Shown here: one piece after another, positions 1 through 7,030 of the stretch
Position numbering within the stretch: position 1 is the stretch's first letter
Layout: each line of letters opens with the position of its first letter
Assembly (NCBI GenBank): GCA_032117135.1
Contig: JAULZV010000047.1
Location: 1-20,374 of the forward strand
Length of the DNA stretch: 20,374 bases
Direction: 5' to 3'
Origin: Minisyncoccota bacterium
Lineage (GTDB): Bacteria > Patescibacteriota > Minisyncoccia > Phycocordibacterales > JAACPR01
Notes under the pieces: generated by a model
Seen by the model: the letters and a program-made list of their open reading frames with translations, nothing else
Told to the model about the DNA's origin: nothing
Databases searched by the model: none
Made by a program: the position numbers and the translations under genes

Positions 1-752
1 CGATCTCGATCCTTTGTCTTTTTTTCAACTTTAATTTCACATGTATCAGTTGCGGTCTTTCCCTTTGAATCAGTTACGCGGATTTTTGCAGTATAGGTAC
101 CCTTATCATTGAATCGAGTCGTAACCGTTCGATCATTAGATGTGAAGGCGTCTGTCCACTTATATGTGTATGAAGGATGTCCTCCGGATACATAAGCTTC
201 GAACGTAACTCGCTCACCTTCCTGCACCTTTTTGTATGATGGAATACAGATAACATCAAGATCATTGGTTACTGGAGGCCGAGGTGTAACAGGAGGTCGT
301 GGATTAATTACAATCGGAGTACTTCCTCCACAGTTTGATGTACATCCGCCATAGTAGGTACCTCCTCCGTAATATCCGCCACCGTTGTAATAATTCTGGT
401 CGTAGTATCCATAGTCGTAGTCGTACCAATCGTAGTCATAATCATAGGCGTATGAATCATAGTCGTATTGGTAGTCATAGTAGTCGTTCGAGTACCTGCC
501 GTAGTAGTCGTACCCTGAGTCATAGTAGTCGTTCGAGTACCCGCCGTAGTAGTCGTACCCTGAGTCATAGTAGTCGTTCGAGTACCCGCCGTAGTAGTCG
601 TACCCTGAGTCATAGTAGTCGTTCGAGTACCCGCCGTAGAAATCCCATTCGTCCCCACCTGCTATCGCATGGTTAGTATCAAGAAATACAAACGAAGCCG
701 ATACGAAAATCATCAGTGAGTATAAAGAAACTGTGTTAATAAACTTTTTCAT
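1..752 (-). CDS. Secreted Tyr/Gly/Asp-rich tandem-repeat protein with Pro-rich linker and PKD/Ig-like domain. C-terminus lies beyond the window start.
   Basis: Manual translation of the minus strand from the ATG at 752..750, in a frame absent from the ORF track because no stop falls inside the window. N-terminus reads MKKFINTVSLYSLMIFVSASFVFLDTNHAIAGG (signal peptide). Four 15-aa repeats follow (YSNDYYDSGYDYYGG), then GGGYYGGGTYYGGCTSNCGG and PRPPVTPRPPVT. Next comes a PKD-like segment (VTFEAYVSGGHPSYTYKWTDAFTSNDRTVTTRFNDKGTYTAKIRVTDSKGKTATDTCEIKV). The reading frame stays open to position 1. Confidence 0.7.
   Translation of the reverse strand, partial: MKKFINTVSLYSLMIFVSASFVFLDTNHAIAGGDEWDFYGGYSNDYYDSGYDYYGGYSNDYYDSGYDYYGGYSNDYYDSGYDYYGRYSNDYYDYQYDYDSYAYDYDYDWYDYDYGYYDQNYYNGGGYYGGGTYYGGCTSNCGGSTPIVINPRPPVTPRPPVTNDLDVICIPSYKKVQEGERVTFEAYVSGGHPSYTYKWTDAFTSNDRTVTTRFNDKGTYTAKIRVTDSKGKTATDTCEIKVEKKTKDRD
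471..650. repeat. 45-bp in-frame tandem repeat, about 4 copies, unit roughly gttcgagtacccgccgtagtagtcgtaccctgagtcatagtagtc
   Basis: Unit start points at 486, 531, 576 and 621 give a 45-bp period. Copies are near-identical apart from one C to T change in the first copy. The repeat encodes the 15-aa Y/G/D-rich units of the minus-strand surface protein. Confidence 0.85.
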
Positions 753-780
753 AATTTTAGTAATTAAATTTAACAATTAT

Positions 781-809
781 ATTATATACTATATAAACAA
801 TATTGTCAA
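781..809 (-). promoter_or_regulatory. Consensus sigma70-type promoter for the repeat-protein gene: TTGACA-N17-TATAAT
   Basis: The reverse complement of 781-809 reads ttgaca-atattgtttatatagta-tataat. The ATG at 752 lies about 29 nt downstream of the -10 box. Confidence 0.55.
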
Positions 810-814
810 TATTA

Positions 815-854
815 TGTAAAAAGGACGGTGGCTGACTTGCGTCTGCCACCGTCC
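815..854 (-). terminator. Rho-independent terminator of the upstream Pro/Ala-rich gene
   Basis: A 10-bp perfect stem (ggacggtggc at 823-832 pairing with gccaccgtcc at 845-854) with a 12-nt loop. On the minus strand it is followed by a T-tract (plus-strand aaaaa at 816-822), 10 nt after the stop at 865. Confidence 0.6.
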
Positions 855-864
855 TTGACGGCTG

Positions 865-1980
865 TTATTTCGCAAACCATTGCTTGCGGAATGCCAATCG
901 TTTTCCTCCATCCGGCAAAGCCTCAGTTACTTCAATTTCCAGTGGAAATGGAGTAAGATTTGGCTCTGTAAGTTCCGGAGGATTTGTTTCAAACACTCCT
1001 CGAGCAATGAGTTCTGACCCTTTCGGCGTCAAAACTGGCCTCACCAGGACTATCTTACCGTCTGAGGTCTTCTTTGACTTCAGCTCACCCACGGTCAGGC
1101 GAGGCACCTCGCCCTCGCCCTGGAAACGGTGGATTTCCGTGCTTCCAGGCTTAACCTTGTGTTCTGCAGGGTCGTATGGAGTAAAGACGATTCCTTCATC
1201 TCCAGGAATGGCCTCTCCCGCCACTTTCGCGGCGGTTTCGGCTTCAGCCTTGGCTTTGGCCTCTTCGGCTTCTACCAACAGAAGCCGGAGCTTCTTGGCT
1301 TCCGCAATTTGCTCCTCCGTCTCTTCTCGCTGTTGTTTGAGGAGAGTGGCTGCTTGAGCTGCTGCCTCTTCTTTTTCTTTCAAGAGAGTGGCGGCTTGAG
1401 CCTCTGCCTTCTCTTTTTCGTCCAAAGCCTTTTGACGTTCTTCTTCGAAGACCTCTTGTAGGGCCTTGATTTTGACCTCGAGGTGCGAGTTAAGCGCATC
1501 TTCTTTTGAGGAGGAGTCCTTTGGACCCCACACAATGAATCCAATCACGATAACGGAAGCCACAAGGGCTCCGCCACCAATGATCGTTGCCCAGAACCAA
1601 GGGGATTTCTTCCTTGGTTGTGGTGCTGTCACCACCGCTGGTTCTGGTGGCACTGGTGGAAGTGTGGGTGGGGGCACTGACCCCGTTGGAGCCGCGACTG
1701 GTGCCGGAGCAGGTGCCACGACTGGTGCTGGAGCAGGTGCTGCTGGAGCCGCGACTGGTGTTGAAGCAGCAGCGGGTACTGGCGCAACTGGAACGGGTGC
1801 TGCTGGAGCAGGTGCTGGAGCAGGTGCTGCTGGAGCCGCGACTGGTGTTGAAGCAGCAGCGGGTACTGGCGCAACTGGAACGGGTGCTGCTGGAGCCGAA
1901 ACGGCAACAGGTGCTGCCGGTGTGGGCATGACAGGCACTGTTGCTGGTGCTGGTGTTGGTGCTGGTGTTAGTGTTGACAT
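865..1980 (-). CDS. Pro/Ala-rich single-pass membrane protein. Order of regions: PA-repeat N-region, one TM helix, coiled-coil, C-terminal globular domain.
   Basis: ORF of 371 aa. The N-terminus has about 110 aa of PAPAPV low complexity carrying an internal 29-aa duplication. The TM helix reads WFWATIIGGGALVASVIVIGFIVWG. A Glu/Lys/Ala-rich coiled-coil follows. This region is far more GC-rich than the surrounding sequence. Confidence 0.6.
   Translation of the reverse strand: MSTLTPAPTPAPATVPVMPTPAAPVAVSAPAAPVPVAPVPAAASTPVAAPAAPAPAPAPAAPVPVAPVPAAASTPVAAPAAPAPAPVVAPAPAPVAAPTGSVPPPTLPPVPPEPAVVTAPQPRKKSPWFWATIIGGGALVASVIVIGFIVWGPKDSSSKEDALNSHLEVKIKALQEVFEEERQKALDEKEKAEAQAATLLKEKEEAAAQAATLLKQQREETEEQIAEAKKLRLLLVEAEEAKAKAEAETAAKVAGEAIPGDEGIVFTPYDPAEHKVKPGSTEIHRFQGEGEVPRLTVGELKSKKTSDGKIVLVRPVLTPKGSELIARGVFETNPPELTEPNLTPFPLEIEVTEALPDGGKRLAFRKQWFAK
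1714..1887. repeat. Roughly 87-bp tandem duplication inside the PA-rich gene (copies at 1714-1800 and 1801-1887)
   Basis: Identical 60-bp blocks at 1741-1800 and 1828-1887, plus similar GCTGGAGCAGGTGC lead-ins. Confidence 0.7.
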
Positions 1981-2185
1981 GGGTAGAACATGGATTTTAT
2001 GTAAAGACGTGTATCACGACGTGTGACCTGATCGCCTTAAAAATCCCCTTTCTGTCTATAATCATATCATATTATGAGTTTATGTCAAGCTCAGAATGTA
2101 ACAAAGACCCTTCTAATACCTCTTCCCACTCCTGCACAGTAAGACTCAGTCCTTCTTCACTCAGACTCAAATCACGACAAAATAT

Positions 2186-2214
2186 TTGACATAATCTATT
2201 TTAGTGTTATTTTA
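2186..2214 (+). promoter_or_regulatory. Candidate promoter for the lipoprotein gene: TTGACA, 16-17 nt spacer, extended -10 TGtTATTTT
   Basis: ttgaca at 2186-2191, then tg-t-tatttt at about 2205-2213. This argues that the ATG at 2240, not 2204, is the real start. Confidence 0.4.
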
Positions 2215-2239
2215 CAACAGAAACCAGACTATTCCCACC

Positions 2240-2857
2240 ATGAAAAAAGTTACCTTGCTCCTTCCACTGATCTGCTCGATCATCCTGTTGAACGCATGTT
2301 CGACCATTCAATCCCACTTCCCAGCACACAATCAAGCACTCGGCCACAGCAAACCAGCTCTCGCAGGCAACCCTGTCCGTGGACAAATCGAATTCTACGG
2401 ATTCGAAATGTATTCAAACGGCATGTACCTCAAGGCCAAATCAGGTGCTATCTTTCCACAAGAAATATACGTCTATATGATCGCTTCCGAGCGGTACGAC
2501 ACGGTATATGCCAGGACTTCAGGGACATGGAGAAGTTATTTTCATGTACCCAAGCCCGTTCGAGGAGTGACCACTGCTCCCAACACCCTTAAAGCCGAAG
2601 ATGCATTTTCGTACATCGAACTGGCGTATCAAGCTCAAAAGGTTGCAAGGGCACAAAAAGCACCCACACAAGCCGTAGTGTCCAGATCCTCAAGAACTGT
2701 CGCTCAGCAAACTCCGGCTTCGCGTCCACAATCAGCACATTCTCCCAAACCCCAACCGGTGCCAGTAGACACTCCAAAGCCACCGACACCTTCGACATCC
2801 TCCTACAAGGTGGAGAGGTGGGACGAGAAAAAACAAGAGTGGATTGAGGTTCGATAA
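2240..2857 (+). CDS. Putative lipoprotein or secreted protein with a Pro-rich C-terminal region
   Basis: MKKVTLLLPLICSIILLNAC reads as a signal peptide with a lipobox-like L-N-A-C. The C-terminal region is PKPQPVPVDTPKPPTPS. The ATG at 2204 given in the ORF track lies inside the predicted promoter. Confidence 0.55.
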   Translation: MKKVTLLLPLICSIILLNACSTIQSHFPAHNQALGHSKPALAGNPVRGQIEFYGFEMYSNGMYLKAKSGAIFPQEIYVYMIASERYDTVYARTSGTWRSYFHVPKPVRGVTTAPNTLKAEDAFSYIELAYQAQKVARAQKAPTQAVVSRSSRTVAQQTPASRPQSAHSPKPQPVPVDTPKPPTPSTSSYKVERWDEKKQEWIEVR

Positions 2858-2868
2858 CCTCGAGCAGA

Positions 2869-2918
2869 CAACACAACACAACACAACACAACACAATACA
2901 ACACAATACAACACAACG
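2869..2918. repeat. Pentanucleotide microsatellite (ACAAC/ACAAT) x10
   Basis: Ten contiguous 5-nt units located between the lipoprotein stop and its terminator. Confidence 0.9.
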
Positions 2919-2919
2919 C

Positions 2920-2950
2920 CCCGCTTGTAGTACGCAAGCGGGGTGTTTTT
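2920..2950 (+). terminator. Rho-independent terminator of the lipoprotein gene
   Basis: Stem ccccgcttg pairing with caagcgggg, 7-nt loop, followed by tgttttt. Confidence 0.7.
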
Positions 2951-2965
2951 ATATTCATTAAATCA

Positions 2966-2995
2966 AAACCCCGATGCTTTGCATCGGGGTTTTTC
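2966..2995 (-). terminator. Bidirectional rho-independent terminator immediately after the sortase stop
   Basis: Reads aaaa ccccgatgc ttt gcatcgggg ttttt: a perfect 9-bp GC-rich stem flanked by an A-tract and a T-tract. Confidence 0.7.
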
Positions 2996-2997
2996 AA

Positions 2998-3642
2998 TTA
3001 CAGTGTCCGTACAAAATCAGCTTCAACTACCCAACGATCATCTTTTTGTCCAAACGTATCACACGTTGAAATCGTGAGCATTCTCCCTGCACTCGCAAAT
3101 TGCACCAGCGCATCATCTTCGTTAGCTAGTTTGACGGTTCGAACAGTGTATACATAGGTTTGACCCCCTGAAACAAGTTTGATTTCGTCACCTGCTACGA
3201 GCTTTTCGAGACCATTAAATGTCTTATATGCTGCATTATTAACAACCTTCCAATTGGTACTGTGACCAAACAAAAACATATTACCGTTTTGAAGAGTTCC
3301 TGATCCAGGATAATACACGGCCCCACGAGTAAGTGCCGCATCAAGGGTTGCAACATCTACTGCTCGAGGTACGACAATAGAAGTTGAAACACCAATTTTG
3401 TCGATCATAATCCGCTCTGGAAGTAGATTAGTATCAGCTTCAGATATATCATCAGACGGCCCTCCTATCTGATCTTGAACAGAAAAATCAGGTGAAATAT
3501 TGGCAGTAGGAGCAGTATCTGGAGCAGAAGAAGTACTCTTGAATTGCTCAGGTACAAAACCCAAAAGCGCCAAAATGGCGTATGTTCCTGCAAATATAAA
3601 CAAAGTCATTGCACCAATATGTATATAGTCTTTTGTTTTCAT
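2998..3642 (-). CDS. Sortase (transpeptidase) with an N-terminal membrane anchor
   Basis: Contains the TLxTC-type active-site motif (LTISTCD), the conserved His in LFGHSTN, and a C-terminal Arg. It has an N-terminal TM helix. The track ORF begins at a TTG at 3657. The ATG at 3642 is preferred because a TATACT box sits 6 nt upstream of it. Confidence 0.8.
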   Translation of the reverse strand: MKTKDYIHIGAMTLFIFAGTYAILALLGFVPEQFKSTSSAPDTAPTANISPDFSVQDQIGGPSDDISEADTNLLPERIMIDKIGVSTSIVVPRAVDVATLDAALTRGAVYYPGSGTLQNGNMFLFGHSTNWKVVNNAAYKTFNGLEKLVAGDEIKLVSGGQTYVYTVRTVKLANEDDALVQFASAGRMLTISTCDTFGQKDDRWVVEADFVRTL

Positions 3643-3744
3643 TTCACTAGTATACAATAAATATAGAATTTGACAATACTTTGTATCTATTGTATTTAAA
3701 TTTAACTTGTATTATCCCCTCTTTTCTATTATCATAGTGATATT

Positions 3745-3830
3745 GCGTAGATGGCAGAGCGGTCAAATGCAATGGACTGTAAATCCATCGCCTTCGGGCT
3801 ACGTGGGTTCGAATCCCTCTCTGCGCACCA
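3745..3830 (+). tRNA. tRNA-Tyr (anticodon GTA), type II, CCA encoded
   Basis: Acceptor stem gcgtaga pairs with tctgcgc. Anticodon stem atgga/tccat closes the loop ctGTAaa. It has a long variable arm, a TpsiC loop ttcgaat, and a 3' end reading a-cca. Confidence 0.85.
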
Positions 3831-3834
3831 AACT

Positions 3835-3873
3835 AAAAAGGGGTCAGACACCGCAGGTGTCTGACCCCTTTTT
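3835..3873. terminator. Bidirectional intrinsic terminator after tRNA-Tyr
   Basis: aaaaa then ggggtcagacac, a cgcag loop, gtgtctgacccc, then ttttt. The stem is a perfect 12 bp. Confidence 0.75.
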
Positions 3874-3879
3874 AGTTAT

Positions 3880-3893
3880 GATATACTCAATCC
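3880..3893 (+). promoter_or_regulatory. Extended -10 element (TGaTATACT) 6 nt upstream of the ATG at 3894, implying a leaderless transcript
   Basis: tgatatact at 3879-3887, with the ATG at 3894 and no Shine-Dalgarno sequence. Confidence 0.35.
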
Positions 3894-4154
3894 ATGAATA
3901 TCGAAACAAAACAAATAATACATTTTATTAAAACACTTTTTATTGAAAACAAATTATTATTCCCAGGATGGGTACTTGTAGTGATGAGTACAGGAATGCT
4001 TCTGATGGGAATTGTCATCTTTATATCTTTGATTTCCATTCTGTATCTCAAAACTGACTTACTTACCGCCCTTCTGATTGGGTTTTTTGCAACAGGAATA
4101 CTTGGTATGTCAATTGGATCGTCTCTGCTTGCCAAAGTGTTCAAGGATAAATAA
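3894..4154 (+). CDS. Small (86 aa) integral membrane protein, 2-3 TM helices
   Basis: The sequence is strongly hydrophobic (LLFPGWVLVVMSTGMLLMGIVIFISLISILYL and LIGFFATGILGMSIGSSLL). The antisense ORF 3887-4144 looks non-protein-like. Confidence 0.5.
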   Translation: MNIETKQIIHFIKTLFIENKLLFPGWVLVVMSTGMLLMGIVIFISLISILYLKTDLLTALLIGFFATGILGMSIGSSLLAKVFKDK

Positions 4155-4196
4155 ATCTTTTTTCACGACATTTACAACTTTTACGTCTTTCACAGC

Positions 4197-4280
4197 AAAA
4201 AGCGCATCACATACTCGGAGAGTGACTCGCAGGCCTTATGGCCGAGGACGGGCACTCGAAGAGTATATGATGCGCTTTTT
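4197..4280. repeat. GC-rich structured element, copy 1: conserved ~55-nt core inside a 19/20-bp outer stem flanked by A5 and T5. It also sits where a bidirectional terminator between clpB and the small membrane gene would be.
   Basis: aaaaagcgcatcacatactc pairs with gagtatatgatgcgcttttt. The core at 4217-4260 is the reverse complement of the core at 18292-18334, identical except for 1 nt and a 3-4 nt loop. Confidence 0.6.
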
Positions 4281-4299
4281 GTGTGAGCAGTAGGTTATA

Positions 4300-6984
4300 T
4301 TACACCAATGCTTCCTCAGTAATATCTTTTTCTTTGTAAATAGCCTTCTTAGATCCTTTGCCATTAACATCAAATGAGAAGTCTTCGTTTTTGACCGAAA
4401 TGGTTACTGTTGTTCCATCACCTAATCCTTTGACGATAATCAATTGAGCAAGTGGGTTTAAGATTCGATCTTGTATTACACGCTTGAGTGGTCGAGCTCC
4501 ATATTGAGGATTATATCCTTCTTTAGCAAGATACGAGAACACAGACTTTGTAAGTTTGATTTTGATTTGCTTTCCAAGTAATCTCTGAGCTATTTTGTCC
4601 AATTGGATGTTTACAATTTCTTCGATTGCCTTTTCGGACAAAATATCAAAGATAATGACATCATCAAGACGATTAAGAAATTCTGGCCTGAAGTGATCTT
4701 TGAGCGCCTTTTCAACTTTTACTTTAGTTTCTTCATATTGAGATTTTTGAGAATCATCGGATGCAAATCCAATTGTTTGCATTTTGTCGATATGCTCTGC
4801 TCCAATATTTGAAGTCATAATAATCACCGTATTCTTGAAGTTTACCGTTCGACCCTTCGAATCAGTCAGTCGTCCATTATCAAGCACCTGGAGAAGAATA
4901 TTGAACACTTCAGGATGAGCCTTTTCGATTTCATCAAACAAAACAACTGAGTATGGTCGATGTCTGATTTTGTCAGTAATATTTGAACCATCGTCATGAC
5001 CAACGTATCCAGGAGGTGATCCAATCAGTTTTGAAATCGCATGCTTTTCCATAAACTCGGACATATCGATTCGAACCAATGCTTTGTCGTCATCAAAAAG
5101 ATATTCGGCAAGTGCTCGAGTTAATTCGGTCTTACCAACACCAGTTGGTCCCAAAAACATAAAAGATCCAATAGGTTTGTCGGGATCAGAAATACCTGCT
5201 CGAGATCGCTTGATCGCATTTGAGACTTTTCGAATAGCTTGATCTTGTCCAATAATTCGCTTCTTCAATTCGCTTTCCATTCGAGCAAGTTTGCTTGCCT
5301 CTTCTTCGAGCATTCGCTCAACAGGAATACCAGTCCATCGAGCAACAATTGAAGCGATATCTTCTTCACCAACTTCTTCTCTTAAGATTTTGCGAGAGCT
5401 CTGAAGATCATGAAGTCTTTTTTCTTGTTGTCGCAAATCTTTTTCAATCATAGGAATAGTGGCGTATCTAATTTCGGCAGCTTTGGAGAGATCAGCTCGT
5501 GCTTCGGCTTGTTCAGCTTCGATACGCAAATTCTCGAGATCACCTTTGCATGATTTGATATTCGTAATGGCTTCTTTTTCGTTTTGCCACTTGAGATCAA
5601 GTTCACGAATCCCCTCTTTGAGATCTGCGATTTCTTTTTCAATTACATTAAATCTATTTTTTTGAACAGTAGTTAATTTTTCTTCTTTTGTGAGCGCTTC
5701 GCGTTCGATTTCAAGACGCATGATTTTGCGCTTACCTTCTTCAAGATCTTCGGGCATGTTTTCGAGTGTAATTTTGAGAGTTGAAGATGCTTCATCAATC
5801 AAATCGACAGCCTTGTCGGGCAAAAATCGATCAGTGATATATCGAGACGAAAGTTCGACAGCGGCAACGATTGCATCATCAGTAATCCGCACACCATGAT
5901 AGAGCTCGTATTTTTCTTTAATGCCACGCAAGATAGCTGTTGCATCCTCGATTGTGGGTTCTGCAATAGTAACTGGCTGAAATCTTCGTGTAAGGGCTGA
6001 ATCTTTTTCAATATACTTTTGATATTCTTTAATAGTTGTTGCGCCAATTGCCTTGAGCTCTCCTCGTGCAAGAGCCGGTTTGAGCATATTAGATGCATCA
6101 AGTGATCCTTCAGACGCACCTGCTCCTGCAAGTGTATGGATTTCATCAATAAACAAAATAATCTTTCCACTTGCTTGTGTAACCTCTTTAAGAATTTTTT
6201 TGAGACGATCTTCAAATTCTCCTCTGTATTTTGTACCAGCTACAAGTGCTCCCAAATCAAGCGAGACGAGTTCTTTATCTTTGAGAGATTCGGGTACATC
6301 ATTTTGAATAATACGATTTGCAAGTCCTTCAACAATAGCAGTTTTACCAACTCCAGCCTCACCAATAAGAATCGGGTTGTTTTTGGTTCGTCTCGACAAA
6401 ATCTGAATGATACGATTAATTTCTTTATCTCGCCCAATAACAGGATCGATTTTGTTTTCGCGAGCTTTGTCTGTCAGACTCACAGTATACTTACGAATCG
6501 ATTTCATCGATTTGCCTGTTTCAGTTATTTTTGATCGACCTGTTTTGATTTCCGAAAGAATTTTAAACACTTCATCTCGATTGATTTTAAATTTATTCAA
6601 AAGATCCTTTGCTCGACTTGGAATTTCAAATAATGCCAAAAAGAGATGTTCGGTTGATACAAATTCATCTTTGAGACTTGTCGCAATCTTGGTCGAATAT
6701 TCGATTGATTGTGCAAGTTCAGGAGCAAGGTACACTTGATAAGATGGTGAAAGAGTATGCCCCGTATCAGGTACATCAATTGCTTCAAGAAGCGTGTCGG
6801 TAAGCAACATAATATCGACTTCTAATTTTTCGAGAAGCGAACCAATAATACTTTCCTCCTGAAGGATCAATGCAAGCAATAAATGCATTGGATTTACATG
6901 GTTTTGACCACGCTCAATAGCAAGTTCATGCGCATGTCTGATAACTTCTTTTGCTTTGGATGTGAAATTTTTGAATGGTTGCAT
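4300..6984 (-). CDS. clpB: ATP-dependent chaperone ClpB (AAA+ disaggregase)
   Basis: 894 aa. It has an N-terminal Clp_N region, two Walker A motifs (GEAGVGKT and GPTGVGKT), a long coiled-coil middle domain between the two nucleotide-binding domains, and a stop codon TAA at 4300-4302. Confidence 0.9.
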   Translation of the reverse strand: MQPFKNFTSKAKEVIRHAHELAIERGQNHVNPMHLLLALILQEESIIGSLLEKLEVDIMLLTDTLLEAIDVPDTGHTLSPSYQVYLAPELAQSIEYSTKIATSLKDEFVSTEHLFLALFEIPSRAKDLLNKFKINRDEVFKILSEIKTGRSKITETGKSMKSIRKYTVSLTDKARENKIDPVIGRDKEINRIIQILSRRTKNNPILIGEAGVGKTAIVEGLANRIIQNDVPESLKDKELVSLDLGALVAGTKYRGEFEDRLKKILKEVTQASGKIILFIDEIHTLAGAGASEGSLDASNMLKPALARGELKAIGATTIKEYQKYIEKDSALTRRFQPVTIAEPTIEDATAILRGIKEKYELYHGVRITDDAIVAAVELSSRYITDRFLPDKAVDLIDEASSTLKITLENMPEDLEEGKRKIMRLEIEREALTKEEKLTTVQKNRFNVIEKEIADLKEGIRELDLKWQNEKEAITNIKSCKGDLENLRIEAEQAEARADLSKAAEIRYATIPMIEKDLRQQEKRLHDLQSSRKILREEVGEEDIASIVARWTGIPVERMLEEEASKLARMESELKKRIIGQDQAIRKVSNAIKRSRAGISDPDKPIGSFMFLGPTGVGKTELTRALAEYLFDDDKALVRIDMSEFMEKHAISKLIGSPPGYVGHDDGSNITDKIRHRPYSVVLFDEIEKAHPEVFNILLQVLDNGRLTDSKGRTVNFKNTVIIMTSNIGAEHIDKMQTIGFASDDSQKSQYEETKVKVEKALKDHFRPEFLNRLDDVIIFDILSEKAIEEIVNIQLDKIAQRLLGKQIKIKLTKSVFSYLAKEGYNPQYGARPLKRVIQDRILNPLAQLIIVKGLGDGTTVTISVKNEDFSFDVNGKGSKKAIYKEKDITEEALV

Positions 6985-7030
6985 AGGATTGATGAGTTAT
7001 GTTTTTAATCTACAATATTTTTATAAAAAA

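Noticed and set aside
471-650. Tandem repeats, or the two GC-rich elements, as a possible CRISPR array
   Set aside because: The 45-bp units are contiguous with no spacers and lie in-frame inside a coding sequence. The two GC-rich elements are single copies 14 kb apart. No cas genes are present.
308-676. Track ORFs 308-658 (-) with TTTAGTRTTTMTQG repeats, and 335-676 (+) with SRSSTRR repeats
   Set aside because: These are alternative frames of the 45-bp tandem repeat. The real frame is the minus-strand frame with the signal peptide starting at 752, which reads through to the window edge.
884-2026. Plus-strand ORFs 884-1357, 1129-1461, 1466-2026 and 1587-1931, and minus-strand ORF 1629-1907
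   Set aside because: They are antisense or off-frame artefacts of the GC-rich, repeat-containing PA-rich gene at 865-1980, and give Gly/Ala/Thr-rich low-complexity translations.
2204-2239. Upstream ATG at 2204 for the lipoprotein
   Set aside because: It lies inside the predicted promoter (-10 box at about 2208-2213). The ATG at 2240 gives a clean signal peptide.
2296-2997. ORFs 2296-2592 (+), 2589-2906 (-), 2732-2914 (-) and 2803-2997 (-)
   Set aside because: They overlap the lipoprotein coding sequence or are translations of the (ACAAC)n microsatellite (CCVVLCCVVL) and terminator hairpins.
3887-4144. Minus-strand 85-aa ORF antisense to the small membrane protein
   Set aside because: The plus-strand ORF has a promoter and is hydrophobic like a membrane protein. 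The antisense translation has no recognisable features.
4078-4293. 71-aa ORF on the plus strand
   Set aside because: It spans the GC-rich palindromic element and terminator and has no promoter.
5448-6788. Multiple 60-140-aa ORFs inside clpB on both strands
   Set aside because: They are nested within a well-conserved 894-aa ClpB reading frame.
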